A DNA stretch of 64,000 nt, taken from the NCBI GenBank assembly GCA_964016885.1, contig OZ024746.1, positions 24,242,001-24,306,000 on the forward strand, written 5' to 3'. Both the position numbers and the translations under genes were made by a program. A model generated the notes under the pieces. It was not told the origin of the DNA and did no database searches. It saw nothing but the letters and a program-made list of their open reading frames with translations. Shown here in pieces: positions 42,099-54,959 of the stretch (the first letter of the stretch is position 1; each line of letters begins with the position of its first letter). The DNA comes from Eledone cirrhosa (taxonomy: Eukaryota).

Positions 42099-42100
<2 letters not shown>
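41797..42100 (+). mobile_element. Retroposon 3' region (SINE/RTE tail family) ending in (GAT)n
   Basis: ggaagggcatccaactgtagaaa motif and ccgtccaaacccatgcaagcgtggaacacggacgttaaa tail. Confidence 0.7.
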
Positions 42101-42139
<39 letters not shown>

Positions 42140-42193
42140 TATGAATTTCTTTCTAACAAAGCTTCTCTTTTTTCTGCAACTCTATATTTATCA

Positions 42194-42371
42194 CTCTCTC
42201 ACCATCATTATCACTCACTATTATATATTATATAATAGTGAGTGATAATGATGGTGAGAGAGGTTGACTTTGCCTTTCATCCTTACGGGGTCGATAAAAT
42301 AAAGTACCAGTAATGCACTGGGATAATTGCTGGCCTTGTGCTTAAAGTAGAAACAATTATCACTCACTATT
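42194..42371 (+). other. 34-bp-arm flank palindrome joined to a 5'-truncated SINE B with 16-bp TSD
   Basis: Arms 42194-42227/42229-42262; attatcactcactatt at 42207-42222 and 42356-42371. Confidence 0.8.
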
Positions 42372-42694
42372 TTTCTGTAAAGTGGTAGTGTTGATGCCAT
42401 AATAAAATAAATGCACCCAGTACACTATGTGGGGGTTAATGAATGAACCAAGACAACATAAGGCAGAGAGATTCTTAGGTCCTGTCTGGGATTCCACTCA
42501 CATAGTCAATCCAGAGACTACAGTAGAAGATACTTGTCCAAGGTATCATATAGCAGAACTGAACCCAGAACCAGGTGCTTATGAAGGGAATTTTTTAACT
42601 ACACAGCTGTTTGTGTGTAATATAATATATATGTGTGTGTGTGTGCATGTATATATATATTGAAAATTGCAAACTTGACTGTCACCATACATTA

Positions 42695-42733
42695 TGAACC
42701 TGAAGATTGTGAAAGCATGAAACTACTTGTTCA
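42695..42733 (+). ncRNA. Minimal type I hammerhead motif
   Basis: tgaac-CTGAAGA-t tgt gaaa gca t-GAAA-ctac-TT-gttca; stem III palindrome has one mismatch. Confidence 0.55.
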
Positions 42734-42986
42734 ATTAACACTTAACATTTAATATTCTATCATACTATTTCATTATAATACCATTATAAATAAAACGAGT
42801 AAATCAGACAAAGTTGGAATTCCTTTTATTAATAGAATCTTCTATACACAATCATACACACCCGTGTATATTTATCTATCTATATATATATATATATATA
42901 TATATACCCATGCCAGCATGGGAAAATGGACGTTAAACAGTGATTATGATGATGATATATATGTGTGTGTTTGAGTGTGTACATAC

Positions 42987-43027
<41 letters not shown>

Positions 43028-43146
43028 CACTCACACACACAAACATAGACTCTTTCCATGGAAGATGGCGATATGATGTCAGAAATTACTTTGTGTGGTC
43101 TGATACACATGAAGAAATTCATGGAGTAGTAATGGAAATGATGACA

Positions 43147-43194
<48 letters not shown>

Positions 43195-43885
43195 TAATAA
43201 TGATAATGATGATGATAACCATGCTTCCTTTATTAACCACAAGGGTTTACACAAAGTAGACATTAAGGACAGTACAGAACAATACAAAACGGTACAAAAG
43301 GGCATTTCTGCGTGTAAAAAAAAAACAAGAAACAGAGGATGTAATAATAGAACAATGAAAAAATTCCCCAATAGGGGGTAGACTTCCGATGAGACATTCA
43401 TGGAGAAAGCCCATTAAAAAGCCACAGTGACCCTCGATAACTATAGCAATAGTGATACTAACAATAAGGATTCCGTTAATAACAATAATAATTGTTTTTA
43501 ACCATGGCACAAGGCCAGTAATTTAGGAGGATGGGAAAGTCAATGTTATCAGCCCAGTACTTGATAAGTACTTTATTTTATCAGTTAAGTACTGGAGTCA
43601 ATACACTTGACCCACCACCTCCCACAAATTGCTGGCCTTGCGTCAATGTTAAAAAGAATTATTTTCTAAATATAGGTTTGTTATGTACACACATACCATA
43701 TATATTCAAATATAAACTAACACCCCTATCTTACGTTGGAGAAATAGTCGAAAATCGAAACCCCATTTATAAAACGATGTAGCTAATCAACACATTGTTT
43801 AGAAGGAGTATATAAGACAACCTCCCATTTTAACATTGATTTTTTTGGTCACATATTCCTTGGCTTACATTCATGTATATACGGT

Positions 43886-43917
<32 letters not shown>

Positions 43918-45010
43918 GGTCCAACCCATGTAAGCATGTATGTCTGTATGTGTGTCAATAACTATATAGACTTTGCTAAAGTCTATATTGTTATTTATGT
44001 ACATCTTGTGTGATGTTATTGACATTCATATCACATCATCATCATCCTAATGATCATCAATATCACGATATACACCTTAATAATCATCATCATAACCAGT
44101 ATTGATATCGCCATATTAATCATCATCGTCAATAGCCTCATTATAATAATCATCATCATCATCATAATAATCAGTATCAATATCGCCACAGTAACCAATA
44201 CAATTTGTGTGGGTACTGTGGAGAAAGAAAGAGGTAAAGCAAGTTCAGATTCCCAGTTGGTTCAGGGTTCAATGTGGTTACCTGGGTAATTGATCCTTAA
44301 AGGTGAAGACACCACAAAATCTCATTTCCAAACCCCTAAAACACAGATAAATTTACCAATCACCACATCTGTCTCTAATGTTACATAACTCTGCTATACT
44401 GTGTTTAGGTGACCTTATATCAATATATATCCTTTTGTTAAAGTCTGTCCTGAGCCCAGAGGCTCATGAAAGCCAGAGCTTATCTCAGTTTCATTGGTGT
44501 TAAGTGATTCAAAGGCAGACTGGAGTGAAGGATATAATCAAGATCATTAAGATGAGGTAAACATAGAGGGCTGGCTGGTCACATCTCTCATCTCAGAGAC
44601 AATAGGTGGACTATTAGAGTGACAGAAGGTGGCCAAAGACAAGATGGTACAATGATCTGACCTGATACCTCAGCTTCACATGGCCCAATATGGCCAGAGA
44701 TAGGAAGTGTTGGAGGTCAACCAGAGAGGGGGTTCCCCCAACGGGAGTGAAAAGGCCCTGGATTTTGGATTTTAGAAGTGACTGAGAGTACAAGATTCAC
44801 CCTCGAAGAGAATGCCAGTCCTTTGCTGTGCTAACCCTCAATTGCTGCTCATCTCCAGTTGAGTTAACTAAAGCAACTAGAAATGATGTGCACATCATTT
44901 CTAGTTGCTTAAGGACACAACACAGAATCCAGTCCAAGAACGGAACCCATGACATTGTGATTATAAATCCAACACCATAACCACTAGACCACATGCCTTC
45001 ATAATGTGTA

Positions 45011-45081
<71 letters not shown>

Positions 45082-45144
45082 GAAAGAGTCTGGACCCTGA
45101 CAGCTGAGCTCTTGCCATTTCAACAGCTAGTGATATATATATAT

Positions 45145-45489
45145 ATCATCATCATCATCATCATTTTACGTCCACTTTTCCCTGCTTGCAGGGGTGGGAC
45201 GGGAACTGATTCTGGCTTGATTTCTACAGCTGGATGCCCTTCCTAACACCAACCTCATTTACAGTGAGTGCTGGGTGCTTTTTTTTTGCCGTGGCACCTC
45301 CACGACCACTTTGCAGTGGAATGATAGGGACCCCAGTCCCTATCATCTCATTTCTACAGCTGAATAAACTGGAGCAATGTGAAATAAAGTGTCTTGCTCA
45401 AGGAAACAACACATCACCCGGTCTGAGAATTGAACTCACAACCTTTCGATTGCAAGGCCAATGCTGTAACCACTAAGCCATGTACCTCC
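45145..45489 (-). mobile_element. SINE family A, full length
   Basis: Near-identical to the other family A copies. Confidence 0.9.
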
Positions 45490-46389
45490 ATATATATATA
45501 ATTATTAAGGCCAGTTACTACAATAGCACCATACTAGGTGTGTATGTTCCATTAGTACAGAGTACCAACTTGTTAAAACTGTGCTGATGGAAATGAAGTG
45601 AAATTATATTGTTTTTTGTTTTTTTAATTAGTTTCAGAGATCTTTGCTGGGGAACTGCCTTGAAGCGATTTACTCAATCATATCAACACAAGTAATTTTT
45701 TTTCTAGTCTGGTACTTATTTTATCAATCTGTTTTTATCAAACTGCGAGGTTACTAGGATATAAATAAACAAACATGCACACACACACACTTATAATCAT
45801 CATTTAATATTTCCAATGCTGACATGGGTTGGACAGATCATTACAAACCAATTCTATACTTAGCATTACTGTCCTCCAAGATGGCTGTGGTGGGCATATG
45901 ATTCTTACATAAATTTCCGTTTTGGCTTGGTTTCTCTGACTGGATGCCTTTCCTATCACCAACCACTTTAGAGAATATATACATATATACATATATATAT
46001 ATACACACACACATACAACATATGAAGGGCATCAACACAGTGGGACTGAACCCAAACCCTATGGTTGTGGAGTAAACTCCTTATCCACACAGCCATGCTT
46101 GTATCTATCTATCTATATATATTCAAAGATAAAAATGAATTGAGAAGGTAACAATGATAACTTGTGACTATATTTCTGTAACTATGCTTTTGTGACTATA
46201 TTTCTAATGTTAACTAATAGATTGTAACAGGGCAAATGTGAGTTCATGAAGTTGCAGTGAAGGCAACCCACCTAGGAGAAATGTGTCTCCAAACAAAAGA
46301 TGCAGGGAAGGAACTGCCCCATCTAGGGGAGCACTTAAAAATGGCAGTGCAAAGAAGGGCACTTTAATTCCTAATAAGAGAATCATACT

Positions 46390-47398
46390 GGTGCCCCTTG
46401 TAGTCCTCCAATGTGAAGGTGTCCAGGGCACATGTCACAGCCTCCTTCATATCTTCCACATTCTCAAAGTGGATACACCTGAGCTTCTTCAGCTTTGGGA
46501 ACATCCAGAAGTTGCATGGGGCTAAGTCTGAACTGTAGGGAGGATGAGTGGCAGTCATGATCCCCATATTGGCTAAGTAGTCGGTCACCAGGATAGATTT
46601 GTGGCAGGGGCATTGTCTTGCCCCAAAACCTCTACATAGCACTTTTTGTTGGGGACTCAGTCGAAGAATGGGATCATCATGAGCTTCCTAGTGGACCTGC
46701 TTTGCCTGGCCTTCTTGGGTCTTGGGGAGTCAGAATGTTTCCACTGAGCACACTGCCTCTTGGTCTCTGGATCATAACAGTAGACCCAGCTCTCATCACA
46801 GGTTACCAGAAATTCAAGGATACTTGGATTCAAAGCGATCCAGTTGACCATCTTCCTGCTCTCATCAATGCACCTCTGCCTTTGATCTTCATTGAGCACC
46901 CTGGGAACAAACTTTGTGCAAATTCAGATTGTCATGACTGTGCACAGTGCCCTCAGCCACTTCAAATTGCTTAGCAATTGTCAGAAGAGATGCATGACAG
47001 AGCTCGTCCAGAAATTTTCAAATTTTGTCAACCACCTTTGGTGTCCTAATGTGCCTCTCCCTGCCGCACCTCTCATCGTCCCTCACCTGCTCTCTGCCTT
47101 CCTGGAACCTTTTGTGCCAACAGAAAACCGTCACAACTCATGAAAGTTAGTCTGTAAAGTAGTTTTAACCATTTCATAGGTTTCCACAGTGTTTTTGCGA
47201 AGCTTGACACAAAACTTCATTGCATATCGAGCCTCCAAGTTGTCCTCACATCCTGACTGCATTGTGGAACCAGTTAACTGTGACAATATGTGTCTGATGA
47301 GTAGTGTTTAAAGTGCTGTAGCAGTCCGAACCTTCAACCCGGAAAAACAAAATTTGGCATGTTAGCTTATTATAACCATATTGAGTATACCTACCTCG
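46390..47398 (-). pseudogene. Mariner transposase pseudogene, 3'-truncated
   Basis: MKFCVKL N-terminus, VTCDESWVYCYDPETKRQ, QDNAPA, HPPYSSDLAPCNFWMFPKLK; frameshifted; 5' end TA-cgagg. Confidence 0.9.
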
Positions 47399-48169
47399 TA
47401 CAAACTCACATACACATACATGGATATGTATATGGAAACACATGCATATACACATGGATATGCACACAAACACACATGTGAACACATACACACACTGTTC
47501 TCCCTATTTCCTTATGCTCATTTATGTAAATTCTGTTATATAATTCTTCAAAATCCCCATCTCATAAAATCAATTATGCATACATGTATATTTGTATATA
47601 TTTAAATGTATTGATTTGAGCTTGGATATCCATATATTTCCCATATGATTACTTCAGTTGTACATTGTAAATATTTCAAATTTATGCTTGCAAATATATT
47701 TGAGCAGTGACATGGCTGTGTGATATGGTGTGGTTAAGAAATTTGCTTTGCAACCACCGGGGTTTGAGTACCTTGTTTGAGTGTCTTCTACTATAGCAGT
47801 CACGTATGTACAGTTGATATAAGCTTGACTGTATGGTTTACATGTATCAAATAATATCTATACTTTTCTTCCTGAGAGCAGAAGTGTATGGCCTAGTGGT
47901 AAGGGTGTTTGACTGACAGTCATATGCCATGGGTTCGTTTCCTGGACTGGGCTGTGTGTTGTGTTCTTGAGCGAAACACTTCATTTCACTCAGTAACAGC
48001 AATAGTTCAGGGTTTAACCCTGTGATGGACTGGTGGACTTGTACTCTCAGTCACTTCACGTCATAGAAACTGGGATAAGCACTGGCCTAATGAGATTCCT
48101 GGCTTCAGACAGACTTTGGACTTGAAAAAAACTTTCTGCCTGAGGCTCCTATTAAAAGCAAACAACTCC

Positions 48170-48440
48170 AAACGATCTGGATGGATCCCAAATCAAGACT
48201 AACTGAGCTCATGGATGTTATTCAGCCATCTTGCCTGTGGTCTACCTCAGAGCCTCCTGTAGGTTGATTTTGTCCATAAAATCTGTCCAGTGATTCTTTC
48301 CTGAGACATTCTAATCACATATCAATAGTATCTGAGCTGTGATCTCTCAATTCAGAGAAGTAATGGCTCTATCTGGAGCAACTCTCTAATCTTCAGTTGA
48401 TGCACTGTACTGTGAAATGTTACTCAAAAGACTTCTTCAG
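48170..48440 (-). pseudogene. Old RTE-like LINE C-terminal remnant
   Basis: Minus-strand translation contains RGRPQARWLNNI. Confidence 0.45.
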
Positions 48441-49186
48441 AGGAATCCTTTTTTGACCATTTGTATTTGCAATCATATTCTTCAGTCATTAACCAAGATT
48501 CATGATCATAGGCAAGGGCAGGCATAAATACTGAATTGAAGATATTTAGTTTGAGTTTGAAGTACTAATACTAGTTTTCAATTAGTAACATCTTATCCAT
48601 ATATGTGTGTGATTGTGTGTGCAGGTGTATTTGTGTGCGTGTATGTATGTGTGGGTTTATATGTCTGTCTTCATAATTTAGTGACTGTTCAAAACACCAC
48701 ATCTATAACAGTTCCACCACTCCACCATCACACCACCACCACCACCACTCCACTACTGCTATTTTGTTGATTCTAAAAGGCTGAAAAAGGAAGTTGATCT
48801 CAGCAGGATTTGAAATCAGAGCTCAAAGGGCCGGAATATATACAGAAACACTCAGATCAATGCTTTAACAACTATAACAGTTTGTCAACTGTAATAATAA
48901 AAATAAAGAAAACATACATATATAGAGATATACACACCAAATCATAATCACACATATATACATATACACACATATTCACACATATTTTTACATACATATA
49001 TACATACAAACAAATCCCTCAAAGTTTATATAAATAGCATTAAGACTAAATAATGAAAAATAATCATCTTAATATCCACACTGGTGATTATTAAATAATT
49101 TATTTCATTTATTTATCATCAATATCATCATCATATTATTATCATTATTTTCATTATTATATTTTTATTTTTACTATTATTATTGC

Positions 49187-49219
<33 letters not shown>

Positions 49220-49419
49220 CATCATCATTATTATAATTATTCTCCTTGTTTCAATTTGCATTATAAACATTCTCAATGATTAAATCATGCAATGTTTTAC
49301 ATCATTTTCAGACTCTACAGTATCATTCATGATACAAGAAATGGCTAATTGTAACAATATCGTGTTGGTTGTTTGGGGTGGATGGTAGGTAGTGGTGTGG
49401 GTTGGTTGGTTTTAATTTT

Positions 49420-50510
49420 ATCTAAACATTATCAGAATCAACATTATCACCAACACCACCAATGCAATCAACATGATCACTAACACCATCATCATCATCA
49501 TCATCCACATCACTATCATCATTATTCCCATCACTACTATCACCACCACCAATACCATCATCATCTTCACCACCACAATCATTATCCTTACCATCATCAC
49601 CATCATCTTCAATGTCACAATCATCATTATCATCACCATCATCTTCAATGTCACAATCATCATTATCATCACCATCATCTTCAATGTCACAATCATCATT
49701 ATCATTGCCATCACAATTGTCACCATAAAAATCACTAATACCACAATTCATCATTACCATCATCATCAATACCACAACTATTATTACCACTGACATCATC
49801 ACCATGATTATTACCGCTGGTATCATCATCACTATTCATCATTCTCCTCCTCACCACCACCATCACCATCCACTCTACCATCACCACCACCACCACCATC
49901 TACCACTACCACTCTACCATCACCATCACCATCACCACCATCTACCACTACCACTCTACCATCACCACTACTATCACCACCATCTACCACTACCACTCTA
50001 CCACTACCATCACCATCACCACTACCATCACCACCATCTACCACTACCACTCTACCACTACCATCATCTACCACTACCACTCTACCACTACCATCACCAT
50101 CACCACTACAATCCACTCTACCATCACCACCATCTACCACTACCTCTCTACCACTACCATCACCACTACCATCACCACCACCTACCACTACCTTCACCAC
50201 ACTCTACCACTACGCCATCACCACTACCATCACCACCATCTACCACTACCACTCTACCACTACCACTCTACCACTACCATCACCATCACCACCATCTACT
50301 ACTACCACTCTACCACTACTACTACCATCACCACTACCATCACCACCATCTACCACTACCATCACCATCTACCACTACCATCACCATCACCACCATCTAC
50401 CACTACCACTCTACCACTACCATCACCACTACCATCACTACCATCACCACTACCATCTCCACCATCTACCATCACCACTACCATCACCATCACCACTACC
50501 ATCGCCACCA
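49420..50510. repeat. (CAT/CAC/TAC)n low-complexity tract
   Basis: Trinucleotide mosaic with a 36-bp x3 internal repeat and ctaccactaccact units. Confidence 0.85.
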
Positions 50511-50974
50511 TCTAATTTCTTATCTGAAGTTAAAACTAACATTAGCAAAACGTTTTGAATTGTAAGGATTTTGTAAAAATGAATTAAGAGTGCACACCCA
50601 CCCCACCCATTAAGAACTGAAAGGAAAAGGCACAAATTCTAAAGGTTATAATATAATTATATATAATATTAAATAATATAATATAACAATATAACATAAT
50701 ATATAATATATCGTTGATTTAACATCTATTTTCCTTGCTGATGTTATGTATGGAAATCTAAGATAAGTTTAAAGTAGGCATGACTAGAGTTTGAAAGCCT
50801 CACTATGAAATTTAAACAAATGTTAAAAAAAAAAAAACATTCTGTTATTTTCTTTGAATAGAAAAACATAGGAGATTGCCTTAACAGGTATCAGAAGACC
50901 AAACACTCTTGCCCTTCCATCCACAAAGAGGGCTATAGTCAAATGGTATTTATATCAAATACATAACATGAAGT

Positions 50975-51567
50975 CAGTCTCACAACTGAGCCATCTATAG
51001 CACTATACCACAGTCTCACAGCTGAGTCTTCTATAACACTGTACCTCAGTCTCACAACTGAGCCATCTATAACATTATACCACAGTCTCACAACTGAGTC
51101 ATCTCTAACATTGTCAGTCTCACAACTGAGTCATCTATAGCACTATACCACAGTCTCACAGCTGAGTCTTCTATAACACTGTACCTCAGTCTCACAACTG
51201 AGCCATCTATAACATTATACCGCAGTCTCACAACTGAGTCATCTCTAACATTGTCAGTCTCACAACTGAGTCATCTGTTGCACTGTACCGCAGTCTCACA
51301 ACTGAGTCTTCTATAACACTGTACCTCAGTCTCACAACTGAGCCATCTATAACATTATACCGCAGTCTCACAACTGAGTCATCTATAACATTGTCAGTCT
51401 CACAACTGAGTCATCTGTAGCACTGTACCACAGTCTCACAACTGAGCCTTCTGTAACACTGTACCTCAATCTCACAACTAAGACATCTATAACACTGTAC
51501 CACAGTCTCACAACTGAGTCATTGATAATACTATTTCACAGTCTCACAACTAAGCATTCTATAACAA
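50975..51567. repeat. 36-bp minisatellite with 140-bp higher-order unit
   Basis: Core cagtctcacaactgag; same variant unit at 51011, 51151, 51291 and 51431 (36+36+32+36). Confidence 0.9.
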
Positions 51568-52906
51568 CAGTCCAATGAATTAATCACATCGACACTGATG
51601 TCACCCTGACATCACAATCTTCAGTTTTTATTATATCTATAGTGTATCCATTTAAACAATTTTTAAAGTAAAAGAGCCCCAATAATTCATTAACTTAGAC
51701 CAATGAATTAGTAACCTGAGTCACAAAAGCATATGACAAAATACACCAAGTTCAAATCCTGCTTAAGTCAAATATACTTTTCATTCTTTTGGGATTGATA
51801 AAATACAGTACCAGCCCAGTGTGGTATTGCTAGAGTGTCGGGTAAAATACATTGTGGGAATTTGTTCTAGATGTTTGCTTTCTGAGTTCAAATCCTGAGT
51901 TCACCCTGTTTAACAACACCAACTGGCTCTTGAGCATATTTTTCAGAGGCCACTCTGCTGCAAAAATCCAGGCTAGGTTTCCAGTATATTAATAGATTCT
52001 TCACTTCTGCTCACCAGCCATGTAAACCCTAAAAAGTGTCATGAACACTGTGTTGCTAACCTCTAATATTACTGGGATAAATAGTCAGAAGGACTAAGCC
52101 TCTAATTCAAAAGCTACTATTAACCTTGTCACACAATGTTATGTTTTATTCTGCTTGCAAATAGTTAAAAGAAACGAAGCAGACGTACAATGAAGTGTGT
52201 GAGTGTGTGTGAATGTGTGTGAGTGTGTAAATTTAGATATCTGTGTGTTTGTACATATTTGATATAACCTTATAGTTACTTCTGATGTTTATATATATAT
52301 ATCCCATATCCCCACTGAAGTTAACAAAGAACTTACTAGATCTACAAAACCAAATTGTAAAATGATAAAATTAAATTAAATTGTTTAGAACTACAGGTGA
52401 ACTCATTCTTTTCCTTTTTTTAAATATTTATATATATATTTAGAGAGAGAGTGAGTGAGTGAGTGAGTGAGTGAGTGAGTGAGTGAGTGAGTGAGTGAGT
52501 GAGTGAGTGAGTGAGTGAGTGGGTGGGTGGGTGAGTGAGTGAGTGAGTGAGTGAGAGAGAGAGAGAGAGAGAGAGACATCACAATTGAACAAGAGATGCC
52601 AGTATGTACCATACTTTCAAGTGCCCAAGCAGTTGCAAGCAGACACAGACTCTCTCTCTCTGTGTCTCTCCCCCCCCCCATCCCTTCAGTCAGCAAAACA
52701 TGCAGGATGTGAGAAATGATGACACTTGCGCAATTGTAAAATTGACTGCCTATACAACATATGTATACATTATATACACAATATATATGTGTAAATAAAT
52801 GTGTATGTGTATATATATATATATATACATATGGTGGAACTAGCTGTTGAAACAGCAAGAGCTTAGCCATCAGGTCCTGACTCTTTTTAATATATATATA
52901 TATGTA

Positions 52907-52967
<61 letters not shown>

Positions 52968-52999
52968 TAAGATCAAAAGATGGTTAAAACAGTTCCAAG

Positions 53000-53070
53000 T
53001 ATTTTATTATGCGCATTTCAAAAACAAATATCATCATGAGATGACATTTGCGTTTTCGTCAGATAAAATA
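53000..53070 (-). ncRNA. Type I hammerhead ribozyme (PLE-type), intact
   Basis: Minus strand tattttat-CTGACGA-aaac gcaaatgtcatc tcat gatgatatttgt tttt-GAAA-tgcgca-TA-ataaaata; perfect 8-bp stem I; palindromic stem III; inside a ~210-bp cassette between two (TA)n tracts. Confidence 0.8.
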
Positions 53071-53173
53071 GGGATACATGATAAAATAGGGGTACATGAT
53101 ATGAAGGTTAAAAAACACTTGTGAATAGTGAAGTTTTAAATCAACATATTGTACTACAATAAAACTCACCTCC

Positions 53174-53234
<61 letters not shown>

Positions 53235-53242
<8 letters not shown>

Positions 53243-53473
53243 TAAAATAACAGATTAAAGTTTAAGCAAAGAATCGCTGCTTTCACCCTTAACGGGATCT
53301 TCTGAAACTAAGGTTAGTTTCAGAAGATCCCGTTAAGGGTGAAAGCAGCGATTCTTTGCTTAAACTTTAATCTGTTATTTTAATAAATATTTGCTCTACG
53401 GTTCTTATATATTTGATATATATTTATCCTTATCGAGCCCTCTTTGGATTTTAGTCTTCAAATTTATTATTAT

Positions 53474-53478
<5 letters not shown>
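53235..53478 (+). mobile_element. Fold-back PLE-like cassette: 77-bp perfect arms containing a hammerhead-like motif
   Basis: Arms 53235-53311/53314-53390; agttt-CAGAAGA-tcccgttaagggt-GAAA-gca..tgc-TT-aaact; (TA)n on both sides. Confidence 0.7.
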
Positions 53479-53511
<33 letters not shown>

Positions 53512-53913
53512 ATGAACGACAGGTAAATGAACGAAAACAGACAGTAGTCCCATTTCATCAGTCAACCGCTAGAGAGATGTTTCAATGCTTTAAGGTCGAT
53601 TCAACTGGCACTAGTGCAAAAAGGACAGTAACAAATGGACAAAAGACAATATGATAGATTTAACAACTATTTACAAATAATAGCAAATTTGTCACTAACA
53701 CCTGATCTGCAATTGAAAAGGAGAAGAGATAGAAAAGGAGAAGAGAAGGAGAAGGAGAAGAGATAGAGAATATGCAAACGTTAATAACATTATTGTCAGT
53801 TTGTTTGTATATTATGTCCAAAAAAAGACAGATACAATGAGCAGAAAGGAAGAGAGCGAGAGTGGAGTGAAAAACGATAGACAAACGTAGAGGTTTAAGA
53901 TATGTGTGTGAGC

Positions 53914-53943
<30 letters not shown>

Positions 53944-53945
<2 letters not shown>

Positions 53946-54328
53946 CATCATCATTTCATTTTTCGCCCGCTTTTCCCTACTTGCAAGGGTGGGACGGGAA
54001 CTGATTCTGGCTTGATTTCTACAGCTGGATGCCCTTCCTAACACCAACCTCATTTACAGTGAGTGGTGGGTGCTTTTTTTTCCATGGCGCCTACACAACC
54101 ACTTTGCAGTGGAATGATAGAGACCCCAGTCCCTATCATCTCATTTCTACAGCTGAGTAAACTGGAGCAATGTGAAATAGTGTGTCTTGCTCAAGGAAAC
54201 AACACATCACCCGGTCTGAGAATTGAACTCACAACCTTTCGATTGCAAGGCCAATGCTCTAACCACTAAGCCATGTGCCTCCGTGAGAATTGAACTCACA
54301 ACCTTTCGATTGCAAGGCCAATGTGCCT

Positions 54329-54330
<2 letters not shown>
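53944..54330 (-). mobile_element. SINE family A with partial head duplication (54283-54330)
   Basis: Inverted partner of 54601-54948. Confidence 0.9.
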
Positions 54331-54382
<52 letters not shown>

Positions 54383-54587
54383 GAGTCAGGACCCCAACGG
54401 CTGAGCTCTGGCTATTTCGACAGCTAGATCCGAACGCTAGAACAGTTCGGATCTAGCTATCGAAATGGCCAGAGCTCAGACGTCGGGGTTCTGACTCTTT
54501 TTCTATTACCCCCTCTACTACCCTAAGTATCGAGTACTCTGGTGCGTTATGGTCCACCTGATTCCTTACCACACTTTCTTTGTTTTA
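54383..54587 (+). mobile_element. Fold-back PLE-like cassette (family of 4375-4580)
   Basis: Imperfect palindrome 54383-54497 with 9-nt loop; cGAAAtggc..cgtcgggg; same tail; half copies at ~45083-45130 and ~52839-52888. Confidence 0.7.
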
Positions 54588-54600
54588 TGTATATATATAT

Positions 54601-54948
54601 GGAGGCATATGGCTTAGTGGTTAGAGCATTGGCCTTGCAATCGAAAGGTTGTGAGTTCAATTCTCAGACCGGGTGATGTGTTGTTTCCTTGAGCAAGAGA
54701 CTTTATTTCACATTGCTCCAGTTTACTCAGCTGTAGAAATGAGATGATAGGGACTGGGGTCTCTATCATTCCACTGCAAAGTGGTCGTGTAGGCGCCATG
54801 GAAAAAAAAGCACCCACCACTCACTGTAAATGAGGTTGGTGTTAGGAAGGGCATCCAGCTGTAGAAATCAAGCCAGAATCAGTTCCCGTCCCACCCTTGC
54901 AAGCAGGGAAAAGTGGACGTAAAATGAAATGATGATGATGATGATGAT
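54601..54948 (+). mobile_element. SINE family A, full length
   Basis: Near-identical to the other family A copies. Confidence 0.9.
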
Positions 54949-54959
54949 ACACACACATT

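Noticed and set aside
50975-51567. CRISPR-like repeat-spacer pattern
   Set aside because: The 'spacers' are homologous to each other and recur with a 140-bp period.
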